Shown here piece by piece: positions 29,754 to 38,572 of a stretch of 48,989 bases of DNA. The notes under the pieces were generated by a model. The model saw only the letters and a list, made by a program, of their open reading frames with translations, searched no databases and was not told the origin of the DNA. The translations under genes and the position numbers were made by a program. The stretch's first letter is position 1. Each line of letters opens with the position of its first letter. This stretch comes from Candidatus Micrarchaeota archaeon (GTDB lineage Archaea; Micrarchaeota; Micrarchaeia; Anstonellales; Bilamarchaeaceae): contig WJIU01000032.1 in the NCBI GenBank assembly GCA_014730115.1, forward strand, positions 1-48,989, given 5' to 3'.

Positions 29754-30566
29754 ATGGAATTGAAAAGAAACTCAAACAAATTCGGAAACAATAAAACAAA
29801 AAGAAGGCTCTCCGGCGCTGTGCTAACTGCCGGCTTGCTTTCCAGCTCCTGTATGGTCACCCCCAACCAGCCGGTGACCCTGAACCAGGGCCGTTCGGAT
29901 ATTAATCTGCCGGAGCCGGATTCACAAAAGAATTCACACACAGATAACGCATTTTCTGGTTTTCAGGACAGCCGGGAATGCAGCCTTGTCCCAGAATATC
30001 ATGTTTCGTGCGAGCTGGGCCCGGCAACCGTGCAGGTCGGGGAAGATGGAGGCGAGGTGGTTAAGTTCGGCGGCTATCTTGTTCATTTGCTGCCGGAATA
30101 TCCGGATGACAGCGAAATAAGGGTGAGGGCACACTTCCTTGACCGGGAATGCCATGAACTGGAAGAACCGGTGCTGCTTGCACTGGGGGAACGCACCCAT
30201 GTACGGCTGCCAGGTGCCCTGGTCTCACTGAGTATTGTCAATTTAAGCGAAGACCAAGCCAACGTTGACGTTTCGCTGCCTTATGAAAGCGGGGTTCTGG
30301 AGGCAGGACAGAGCATGTTTGTATTCACACCCAAGGAACGTTATGCGGTGCTTCTGGGCGATGTTCTTCCCGGCCCGGCAAATACTGCTATTATTGCCGT
30401 ATATGATTCAGAAGGCCAGACGGTGTTCAGCAAAAATATGACAGAAGGCCAGAACGAAATGCTCCAGTTGGGGGAATACACGCTTTCCCTTACTGTAGAG
30501 GGAACCTTCTACGAAATGGAATCAGGGACCCGCATTGCAAAACTGAGGATTTCCAACTGCGACTAG
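29754..30566 (+). CDS. Hypothetical exported/lipoprotein, beta-rich
   Basis: Basic N-terminus, hydrophobic stretch ending SSC, repeated beta-strand patterns. Confidence 0.65.
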   Translation: MELKRNSNKFGNNKTKRRLSGAVLTAGLLSSSCMVTPNQPVTLNQGRSDINLPEPDSQKNSHTDNAFSGFQDSRECSLVPEYHVSCELGPATVQVGEDGGEVVKFGGYLVHLLPEYPDDSEIRVRAHFLDRECHELEEPVLLALGERTHVRLPGALVSLSIVNLSEDQANVDVSLPYESGVLEAGQSMFVFTPKERYAVLLGDVLPGPANTAIIAVYDSEGQTVFSKNMTEGQNEMLQLGEYTLSLTVEGTFYEMESGTRIAKLRISNCD

Positions 30567-31807
30567 CCCGTCTCAATCCTTTCGCCGGGCAGGGGAGCAA
30601 CGGCGTCATAGCCTTCTTCCTTTAATTCTTCAGCAAACTTTTTGGGCTGGTCGCCGTGCACCAGCACAATCTTCTCCGGGTTTGCAGTTTCAATAAACTT
30701 CATGATGTCCTTTCTTCCGGCATGTGCAGACAGGTCCAGATATTCTACAGGCAGGTCCACATGGAGTTCCTGGTCATCCTGCATTATGTATCCTTTGTTC
30801 TGCAGTAACCACCCGTTTGTTCCCTCAATACAGTAGCCGGTGAATATTACCTTGGACTGGCTGTTGGCATGGAAAAGATAGTTCAGTATTGTACCGCCGT
30901 TCATCATCCCTGCACCGGCGATAATCGCGCAGGGAGTGTTGGAGGCCCTCTTCTTGTCTGCGATGCTTTCCACAATGTTCACGCTGCGGACTGCTTTCCG
31001 GAAGGCCTTGGGGTCTTTGATGTATTTCGGATGTTTCAGATATATCCTGGTAAGCTCTCTGCCCATCCCGTCAACAAATACCGGGATTTCCGGGTCATAG
31101 GACCTTATCAGCGCAATCAGCTCCTGGGTCCTTCCCAGGGCAAACGAAGGAAGCAGGGCATTGCCTCCGTTGTCAATAGTTTCGTATATCTCCTGCATCA
31201 GCTTTGTTTCCGTTTCTTTCCGGGGAGGATGGTCCTTCAGCGCATAGGTAGTCTCCATTACCAGCACATCTGCATCCTCCACCGGCCGGGCACCTTTGTG
31301 CATGAATGTTTCTTCGCCTTTGAAATCTCCGGAATACAGCAGCCTTTTTCCTTTGTACCGCAGGTCTATCATTGCCGCCCCGCAGATGTGCCCTGCATCG
31401 TAAAGCTCCACTCTGGTGTTTCCTGTCTTTATCGGCTTGTTGTACTGCATTGGGGTCCAGTATTTCAGCGCCTTGTTGAAGTGCGACCTGCGATAGGGCA
31501 GTCCGTCTCCCATGATTTTCATTGAATCTTTCCAGAGGACTTCGCATATGTCCTTGGTGGGGGGAGGCGCATGCCACCTGACTTTCATATTGCGGTAAAG
31601 AGAAGGAACGCAGCCGCTGTGGTCAAGATGGGCATGGGAGATAACCACCATGTCCGGCTTGGTGTGCTCCAGGGGGAACTTGGGCTTGCCGGTGGGGTCA
31701 AAAATCTTGATTCCATAATCCAGCATGATTTTTTTGTCGGTTTTAACCAGAAATGCGCTTCTTCCTACTTCTCTGGATGCTCCGAGACAGTCAATAGTAA
31801 ATCCCAT
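30563..31807 (-). CDS. Beta-CASP metallo-beta-lactamase ribonuclease (aCPSF-like, no KH domains)
   Basis: GASREVGRS, SHAHLDHSG, AGHICG, YSGD, METTY, FALGRTQE, SAHA, LVHG. Confidence 0.9.
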   Translation of the reverse strand: MGFTIDCLGASREVGRSAFLVKTDKKIMLDYGIKIFDPTGKPKFPLEHTKPDMVVISHAHLDHSGCVPSLYRNMKVRWHAPPPTKDICEVLWKDSMKIMGDGLPYRRSHFNKALKYWTPMQYNKPIKTGNTRVELYDAGHICGAAMIDLRYKGKRLLYSGDFKGEETFMHKGARPVEDADVLVMETTYALKDHPPRKETETKLMQEIYETIDNGGNALLPSFALGRTQELIALIRSYDPEIPVFVDGMGRELTRIYLKHPKYIKDPKAFRKAVRSVNIVESIADKKRASNTPCAIIAGAGMMNGGTILNYLFHANSQSKVIFTGYCIEGTNGWLLQNKGYIMQDDQELHVDLPVEYLDLSAHAGRKDIMKFIETANPEKIVLVHGDQPKKFAEELKEEGYDAVAPLPGERIETG

Positions 31808-31859
31808 GAGCAGAACTCAGTATAGAATATTTTAATACGTTATCAAAGTTATTCTACCC

Positions 31860-32255
31860 ATGCCTTCGGAAAAAATGGGTGATTTGGTAATTCCCTTTGT
31901 TGTGCTTGCTTTTCTCTACCTGGTGTCGGTTATTTTTTTCCATTTCGTGGAAGGCTGGAGCTTCCTTGATGCTGCCTATTTCACCACCATGACAATCTCC
32001 ACAGTGGGCTATGGGGACATAATACCCGTCACCCATCTTGGCAAGGTGGGGGCAATAGTGCTGGTATTTGCAGGCGTATCCCTGGCTTTCTACGTGATAA
32101 GCCATCTTGGACTTTTGAGGGCAAAGGCCTTTGACCCCCATGTACAGAAGCGCCTGAACGTGCTCCGCAGCCTGACCACCCTGCAGTCCCAGAAGACCAA
32201 AAAGTCCGATATAAAGAAGATCAGGGACAAGATTGAAGGTGCCAAGATTTCATGA
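31860..32255 (+). CDS. Two-TM potassium channel (KcsA-like)
   Basis: EGWSFLDAAYF, selectivity filter TVGYGD, two TM helices. Confidence 0.9.
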   Translation: MPSEKMGDLVIPFVVLAFLYLVSVIFFHFVEGWSFLDAAYFTTMTISTVGYGDIIPVTHLGKVGAIVLVFAGVSLAFYVISHLGLLRAKAFDPHVQKRLNVLRSLTTLQSQKTKKSDIKKIRDKIEGAKIS

Positions 32256-32542
32256 GCGACTACTTTGTAATCGAGCCATGCCATACTGCCAATGGCTTTG
32301 AAGTCAAGCTGAAAGAAAGAACAATCAACCTGAAAAAGGCGGAGAAAGCGGTGGATAAAGTGGGCATGGCGATGGCTTCCAGTCCGGTAGTCATGCTTGC
32401 CAAGGTGGAGGACTATTCAGTCAGCATATACGCCAGCGGCCGGATTCTTATCAAGAGCCATAAGAAAATCACCGAAAAGGACGCAACATATGTAGCAGAG
32501 AAACTTGTCAGTTCACTAGAAAAAGAAGGTGCTTTGCAGTGA
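32252..32542 (+). CDS. Hypothetical protein
   Basis: ATGA and GTGA overlaps with both neighbours; 'VSIYASGRILIK' is a TBP-like beta motif. Confidence 0.75.
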   Translation: MSDYFVIEPCHTANGFEVKLKERTINLKKAEKAVDKVGMAMASSPVVMLAKVEDYSVSIYASGRILIKSHKKITEKDATYVAEKLVSSLEKEGALQ

Positions 32543-33189
32543 AAGTTGATTTCCACGTGCATACTGGTTATTCCATTGATTCAATCATAAGGCCCCGGGA
32601 CCTCTCCAGAAAGGCCCAGAAGCTTGGAATAATTCCGGCAGTAACCGACCACAATACGATGAGGGGGGTTGCTGGGATGGATGCCGCGGGTTCGCGGTTT
32701 ATCCCCGGGGAGGAAATCAAAACAGACAAGGGAGACCTTATCGGCCTTTACCTCAGCGAAGAAATACCTGGAGGGACTTCATTTTCTGAAACTCTTGATT
32801 TAATCCACGGCCAGGGCGGCCTCTCTTATCTCCCTCACATGTATGATAGTACCAGGCGCGGCGCTGTTCCGGAAGGGGATGAAATAAAAAGAATCGACAT
32901 TGTGGAAGTATTCAATGCCCGCTGCCTGGGCCAGCATTATAATGAAAAGGCCAAGGAATTTGCCGACATGCACGGAATTGCCGGGGCAGCCGGGAGCGAC
33001 ACCCATTTTCTGTTAGAATTCGGAAGCACATACACCAAACTGCCTGATTTTGATATCTCCAGTCCCAAGGCCTTGATGAATGCCCTGCCCAAAGCAACCC
33101 TGGTAACCAAAAAAGCACCGTATTTCGTTAGGGGCCCGACCAAGCTGCTGAGCATAGGAAAAAAGATTGCCGGCGCCTTCGGCTTCTGA
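32539..33189 (+). CDS. PHP domain phosphoesterase
   Basis: DFHVHT..SID, TDHN, GEEI, PH, EVFN, GSDTH. Confidence 0.9.
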   Translation: MKVDFHVHTGYSIDSIIRPRDLSRKAQKLGIIPAVTDHNTMRGVAGMDAAGSRFIPGEEIKTDKGDLIGLYLSEEIPGGTSFSETLDLIHGQGGLSYLPHMYDSTRRGAVPEGDEIKRIDIVEVFNARCLGQHYNEKAKEFADMHGIAGAAGSDTHFLLEFGSTYTKLPDFDISSPKALMNALPKATLVTKKAPYFVRGPTKLLSIGKKIAGAFGF

Positions 33190-33190
33190 C

Positions 33191-34120
33191 TTATTTTCTG
33201 TAGGCCACGTATATGTCTGCCTCAATCATTTTTCCGTTCTCATAGAAGTGATGTGTGAAATATATGTTGCCTTCGGAGCCCAGTGTCGGCTCTCCGGCAA
33301 AGCTGGAGACTATAAGCTTTGGCTTCTGCCATTCGTTGTCCATTCTTTCTGATTTGAATATTGCCGGGCTTCCCAAGTATGTCCTTGTAAACCAGAGTTC
33401 TTTGCCGTCAGGAGTAATGTATGGCCAGCCGTCGTGCTCCTCTGTATTCACTGCCTCTATATTCTCCGGCTCCTGCCATTCTCCATCTGCCTTTCTTGTA
33501 ACCCATATATCATAATTGCCTTTTCCGCCCACCCTGGAAGAATGAAAATACAGCTCGTTTCCGTGGAGGTGCATCTCGCCGACTTCATATTCAACGAGTC
33601 GGTCTTCCACATGCTCAATGCTTGTCCATTCTTCGTTTACAAGTTCTGCTGTGAAAAGATGCATGCCGGCATAACCTTCTCTTGCAGAGCAGAACCACAT
33701 CCTGTTGTCCTGTATGAATTGGCAGCCATCCAGGGAAAGCTTCCCGGGTTCCTGAAGCCATACTCTTTCAGGTTCCTGGAACTCTCCATTTGAATATTCA
33801 GAGAAATAGATTCCGGTTACATTGTCAAGCAGCTGCTTTTCAACAGGCACGTCCACATCGGGGGTGAAGAAAAAATACAGCCCGTCTTCGGCAAAAAAGG
33901 CGGAATCCTCCGCACCCTTTGTGTTCACGGGGCATGCAAGCGGCACAGGCTCGTCATATTCGTCTGAATGCAGCTGAGGGGGGTGGTTGTCCATCCCCTG
34001 CGTTATCTTGACTGCACCGGCAGGAATCATACTTTCCCTGTCAACATCAGGGCGCTCCGCCGGTCTGATGCACCCCAAAAGTATAAATGCGGCCAGAATC
34101 ATGGCAATTGAAGTTCTCAT
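33191..34120 (-). CDS. Lipoprotein with TolB/PD40-like beta-propeller repeats
   Basis: LLGC lipobox; repeats VNT..ED, LYFxSxR.GG.G..DIWV, PYITPDGKELWF. Confidence 0.75.
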   Translation of the reverse strand: MRTSIAMILAAFILLGCIRPAERPDVDRESMIPAGAVKITQGMDNHPPQLHSDEYDEPVPLACPVNTKGAEDSAFFAEDGLYFFFTPDVDVPVEKQLLDNVTGIYFSEYSNGEFQEPERVWLQEPGKLSLDGCQFIQDNRMWFCSAREGYAGMHLFTAELVNEEWTSIEHVEDRLVEYEVGEMHLHGNELYFHSSRVGGKGNYDIWVTRKADGEWQEPENIEAVNTEEHDGWPYITPDGKELWFTRTYLGSPAIFKSERMDNEWQKPKLIVSSFAGEPTLGSEGNIYFTHHFYENGKMIEADIYVAYRK

Positions 34121-34273
34121 GGCACTTTCCTTGTTTTCTGTCTTTTATAAATTCAGTGTATTTTTTTGCTGAAACCCCGGTGAGTTGTTGCTTCAGTTGA
34201 ATTGGAGGGGCACCATTTCAGCTTCAGGGGGTTCGCGAAACATATTTAATTTTAGTACAAGTACTCATTCCTG

Positions 34274-35350
34274 ATGGCGGAGGAATTTGTTGGCGTAGAA
34301 ATAGCCGTAATCGTTGTAACTGCATCCATAACGCTCGCAGCAATACTGATAGGCCTCGGCCGTGCATTCGGATACAAGCGGATTGAGCATTTTGGCATTG
34401 AGGAGCTTTTGCAGTCAGTAGTCAATGCTGCGATAATCGGCTCATTTGCAGCAGTGATTGAGCTGGTGGCCGCGGTCAGCTCCTCACTGGTTACGGAGAC
34501 GTGCACAGAGGGGAATGTGGTGGAGCAGCTGGGGTGTGCACTGCAGAACATCAACGATTTGCTGTTCCTGTTTTTCCAGGAGCTGGTAAAAGTGCTGACC
34601 CTGGTAGGCTATTACCAGACCATAGGCCTGGACTTCGGCGCTTTCGAAATTTCCCCGTTCAACAACCTTGCTGCGGTTTCAGGGGTTCTTTCCGTCCAGC
34701 TTTTAGCCGCAAACCTCATACTCCTGCTGGTGGGGCTCAACATCCAGATAACCAATTTCATCGGCCAGAATGCCCTGGCCCTTCTGTTTCCGGTCGGCCT
34801 GGTGCTGCGCACCCTGTTTGCCACCAGAAAGGTAGGGGGATTCCTCATTGCGCTTTCCATCGGCCTTTTCCTTTTCTATCCTACGTTTGTGCTGATATTC
34901 CCGGGGCCGGAAAATGACCTGAGCAACTCTACCGTTGCCATGCAAGAATTCAACAACAACAGCTACTACGCCACCCTTCCGGTTGTTGACCTCAACGACA
35001 ATTATGCGATTGCCGGAAAGCTGGACATTATGAGCGGAAGGTGCCTGGAGGAGAACCTTTCCAACACATCGCAATGCAACCAGACCCTGATTGACTACGG
35101 CATAATGGAGAACGTTTCCAATGTATCCAATGTAACAGTTTGGGAAATTGCTCTCCCTGAGAATACCACCTTCGATTTCAGCGGCGACATCACCTACATA
35201 ACCCAGTCCAACAACAATGCCCTTTCCAAGTCGCTCCTTTACTCGGTGGTAGCCCCCATATTCTCGCTGCTGGTTACGGTTGTATTCGTAAAAGAACTTT
35301 CCAATATCCTGGGAAGCGAGATAGGAATAAAGACGCTTACCGCGATATAA
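34274..35350 (+). CDS. Polytopic membrane protein, CedA/VirB6-like
   Basis: About 6 TM segments; 'LFPVGLVLRTLFATRKVGGFLIALSIGLFLFYP' resembles the CedA core; loop rich in N-x-S/T sequons. Confidence 0.65.
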   Translation: MAEEFVGVEIAVIVVTASITLAAILIGLGRAFGYKRIEHFGIEELLQSVVNAAIIGSFAAVIELVAAVSSSLVTETCTEGNVVEQLGCALQNINDLLFLFFQELVKVLTLVGYYQTIGLDFGAFEISPFNNLAAVSGVLSVQLLAANLILLLVGLNIQITNFIGQNALALLFPVGLVLRTLFATRKVGGFLIALSIGLFLFYPTFVLIFPGPENDLSNSTVAMQEFNNNSYYATLPVVDLNDNYAIAGKLDIMSGRCLEENLSNTSQCNQTLIDYGIMENVSNVSNVTVWEIALPENTTFDFSGDITYITQSNNNALSKSLLYSVVAPIFSLLVTVVFVKELSNILGSEIGIKTLTAI

Positions 35351-35381
35351 AATTTAAATATACAGATGGAGAGATACTAAC

Positions 35382-36164
35382 ATGTTCCTTAATCGTGCAG
35401 TAACCGCCCTGGCTGCGGTGGGAGGGGTTGTCAGCATAATAATCTCCCTTCTTTCCGGAAACCCAATATTCCCGATTATTGCAGGGGTATTCTTCACAGC
35501 AACCATAATGCTCTGGAAGTATGGCTACCTGCTTATTCCGGTAATCACCCGCGCTGCCAATATTGTTGAAGTGCGGGGTGGATACGAAGTCCCCTCTTCC
35601 CGGGATTACATCATCAAAAAGGACGAGAACGGATATTATGCCTCCAAATTCCTGGAAATCAGATTCTATGAAAGCTCCATGGACAAAAACAAGGAAGAAA
35701 GGCATACCATGTTCCAGTCTTTTGAAAGGGCGATAAGCTCCCTGAAGTACATAGTAAAGATATCCCTCATGGTCAGCACCCTGGACCTTTCCAAGCACAT
35801 AGATGAAATCAAGACCAAGAGAGGCGCGGCAGAGGCAAAGAAGTCCAAGGAAACCAAGCTGGCCAGGGATGAGAGCCTTCGCCTTGACCGTGAGCTTGCC
35901 TACTGGAACCGCCTGCTTGACCGGATAACCCAGGGAGAGCGGCCGGTGGAGGTGATAGCATTTGCCCAGACTACTGCTTTCGGCCTGACCAGGGACGAGG
36001 CACTGAGCAGGGTCTCCAGGCAGGCGAAGGAGCTGAAGACAATACTTTCCAGCTCTCTGGGATGCGATATCCGCCACCTGAAGGACAAGGAGATGCTGAA
36101 ATGCTTTGAATGGGAGTATTTCTTCCCCACAACCCAGGAGGAAATAAAGGACATAATGTTCTGA
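35382..36164 (+). CDS. Two-TM protein resembling VirB3/PrgI plus the VirB4/TraC N-terminal domain
   Basis: N-terminal TM hairpin; 'EER..MFQSFERAISSL...VKI....LDLSKHI' and 'LG..IRHL...EML' patterns; lies directly before the ATPase. Confidence 0.6.
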   Translation: MFLNRAVTALAAVGGVVSIIISLLSGNPIFPIIAGVFFTATIMLWKYGYLLIPVITRAANIVEVRGGYEVPSSRDYIIKKDENGYYASKFLEIRFYESSMDKNKEERHTMFQSFERAISSLKYIVKISLMVSTLDLSKHIDEIKTKRGAAEAKKSKETKLARDESLRLDRELAYWNRLLDRITQGERPVEVIAFAQTTAFGLTRDEALSRVSRQAKELKTILSSSLGCDIRHLKDKEMLKCFEWEYFFPTTQEEIKDIMF

Positions 36165-36251
36165 CGGCCGGTTAAACCAATCATTAACATTTATATATCG
36201 CCGTAAACAAGTATATCCTGCCGTTCTTCAAAGGGGGTAGAGAGGTATCCA

Positions 36252-37703
36252 ATGGACTCGTCATACATGCTTTCAAAGGAGCTTGCACGAAAGATGATTC
36301 TGGTGCATCCTCCAGAGCCTAGAAAAGAGCTTCTTCTTTCTTCTCCTTCCAATGGCGTTTATGTAGGAAAAACAAGATTTCTCAGGACCCCTGTTTTCTG
36401 GAATCCCGGCAAGCTGATAAACCCCCACATAGCAGTGCTGGGCATTACCGGTTCCGGAAAAAGCTACACAGTCAAGACCTTTCTCACCCGCGCCTCCCTC
36501 ATATGGAACACCAACGCGATAATCATTGACTGGGTGGGGGAATATGGCGAATGGGTGAGGCAGGCAGGAGGCAGGGTAATCAACCTTGCCAAGGAGAGGC
36601 TGAACATACTTGACCTGGTGGGGCTTCCGAAACGAAGCAGGATAAAGCAGCTTGTCTCCGCCCTGGACATCCTGGTGGACCTGAAGAGCTTTCCTGATGA
36701 AAGGGACGAGATTGAGGATGCTCTTGAGCATGTGTATAACCGCAGGGGAAAGAAAAAGCCCCACCTGCTTGATGTGGTGAAACTGCTTGAGCAGAGGGGC
36801 AAGAAAAAGGCGGCCCGCCTTATTAAAAGATTCACCGAGGAAGGCACTGACTTCTTTGCCGGCTCCTCCACCCTGGACATCAAGAAGCTTACCACCAGCG
36901 GGCTGGTATCCATAGACCTGCATCAGCTTCCGACTGAGGAAATGCGCAGCCTCGCCGGGCTTACCATCCTGCAGTATATCAAGGAGCTGATGAGGGCAGA
37001 GGGGATGAAGCAGGACCACGGCCACGTCCGGCTTTTCGTGGTGCTGGACGAGGCGTGGAAGATTTCCCAGGATGAAAGAAGTGATGTCATATCAATAGTC
37101 AGGGAAGGCCGGAAATACAACTTTTCCCTTATTATTGCCACCCAGAACCCGACAGATATGCATAAAACGATATTCAGCAACATTGGTACTGTGTTTGTTC
37201 TCCGCATGATACTCAGGGAGTACCGGGACTATCTGCGCAAGTCAATCGGCTATTCCGACTTTCTGGACACTGAAATTTCCAAGTTCGGTGTGGGCGACGC
37301 TGCCGTGAATATGATATTCTCGGAGCGGCAGTCCAAGGTAATGACGTTCCTTATGGACAAGATTGACGGCGAAGAGCCGCTTTTGATTTACAAGATTAAG
37401 GGTGGGAATATGATGGTTGAAATTGAAAGAGAGCAGTTTGTAAGGATGCTTTATGAATTGGGGCTTAATGAAAGCCAGCTTTCCCTTCTCAAGTCCGAGT
37501 TTGAGAAGGGGGACGGCCTGCTGGAGGGCGAACAGCTTGTGGCGGTCCTGGAGAAGTTCGGTTATTCCAGGCCTTCGATTATCTCGTTTCTGAGGCAGCT
37601 GGGGATTGACGAGAAGAACCTGGTCAGGATATTTTCGCTGGTCAAGATGAGAAAGGCCACCAAGGGCGTGGTCAATGTTGTGCTGGAGGATTCAAATGGC
37701 TGA
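36252..37703 (+). CDS. VirB4/HerA-family ATPase (CedB-like)
   Basis: NPHIAVLGITGSGKS Walker A, IIIDWVGEY, VVLDEAW Walker B, REGRKY..LIIATQ. Confidence 0.88.
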   Translation: MDSSYMLSKELARKMILVHPPEPRKELLLSSPSNGVYVGKTRFLRTPVFWNPGKLINPHIAVLGITGSGKSYTVKTFLTRASLIWNTNAIIIDWVGEYGEWVRQAGGRVINLAKERLNILDLVGLPKRSRIKQLVSALDILVDLKSFPDERDEIEDALEHVYNRRGKKKPHLLDVVKLLEQRGKKKAARLIKRFTEEGTDFFAGSSTLDIKKLTTSGLVSIDLHQLPTEEMRSLAGLTILQYIKELMRAEGMKQDHGHVRLFVVLDEAWKISQDERSDVISIVREGRKYNFSLIIATQNPTDMHKTIFSNIGTVFVLRMILREYRDYLRKSIGYSDFLDTEISKFGVGDAAVNMIFSERQSKVMTFLMDKIDGEEPLLIYKIKGGNMMVEIEREQFVRMLYELGLNESQLSLLKSEFEKGDGLLEGEQLVAVLEKFGYSRPSIISFLRQLGIDEKNLVRIFSLVKMRKATKGVVNVVLEDSNG

Positions 37704-38400
37704 AGAAAAGATTGTGACACTTGCAAAGCAGAAGAAAAACCTGAAGGGCCTTTCCAACCTTCTCGGGGGGCTTGGCTTCACCAAGATATCCTATGCCTCC
37801 AAATCACTTACAGTGGAAAAGATAAAAGGAAGGGACCTTAAGGGAAAGCCCTACCTTGAATACCGGGTGGAATTCACCCCCAAGTCCATTGAATTCACCT
37901 TCAGCTACCAGACCAGGAGAAACCGGCTTTCCAGGCTTATGGAGCTTATGCCCACATTCCTGAATATCCTCCAGGTTGCGGAAGACTATTATGAAGTCAG
38001 GCCAACCGGCATCTTCCCCCAGATAAACGACCTGTTCTCTGAATTTTCCAAGATGGTGGACCGCGATACCCTGGAGTTTTCCACTGAGCTGAGCCAGCTG
38101 CAGCAGAAGTACCAGGAACTCAATTCCAAGTATCAGGACCTCGTAAGGTCCAGCGAGGCCAACACCAGGATCCTTCTGGAATGCGAGCGCAAGCGCGACG
38201 AGCTGCAGAGACAGCTTGACCATTTGACCGGAATGAGTGATGACCTTCTCAAGGAATCCCTCTACAACTGGATAAAGCTGCACAGCGGAACAATTGATGT
38301 GAGGGAATTTTCACGGGCCAACCAGGTTGCAGTGACCAGGGTGGAAGAGGGCCTGAACATACTCATCAGGGATGGCTATCTCAGGAGGCGTTTTGATTGA
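37696..38400 (+). CDS. Hypothetical protein with coiled coil and C-terminal winged helix
   Basis: GGAGG SD; overlaps the ATPase stop; heptad region; 'IDVREFSRANQVAVTRVEEGLNILIRDGYL'. Confidence 0.75.
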   Translation: MAEEKIVTLAKQKKNLKGLSNLLGGLGFTKISYASKSLTVEKIKGRDLKGKPYLEYRVEFTPKSIEFTFSYQTRRNRLSRLMELMPTFLNILQVAEDYYEVRPTGIFPQINDLFSEFSKMVDRDTLEFSTELSQLQQKYQELNSKYQDLVRSSEANTRILLECERKRDELQRQLDHLTGMSDDLLKESLYNWIKLHSGTIDVREFSRANQVAVTRVEEGLNILIRDGYLRRRFD

Positions 38401-38561
38401 GCAGGAAAAAATCTGCCAAAAAGATTGAGGACTCAGCAGAATACGTGTATTCTTTTGAGCTGACCAAGCACTATCCAAGTTCCCGCTCCTATCTTCTGAA
38501 AAAGCCTCTCAAGAAGTCTTTCAGGGATTCTGCGGTGGAGCTTATTTTCGGAAAGAAATAA
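38397..38561 (+). CDS. Small basic protein, 54 aa (not in ORF track)
   Basis: TTG start overlapping the upstream TGA, AGGAGG 8 nt upstream, reads MSRKKSAKKIEDSAEYVYSFELTKHYPSSRSYLLKKPLKKSFRDSAVELIFGKK, stop abuts the purD SD. Confidence 0.65.
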   Translation: MSRKKSAKKIEDSAEYVYSFELTKHYPSSRSYLLKKPLKKSFRDSAVELIFGKK

Positions 38562-38572
38562 GGTGATTGCAA

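Noticed and set aside
34274-38561. VirB4 cluster as an integrated conjugative element or a HerA-based defence system
   Set aside because: No integrase, relaxase, att repeats, tRNA target, GC shift, or NurA/SIR2 partner in the window.
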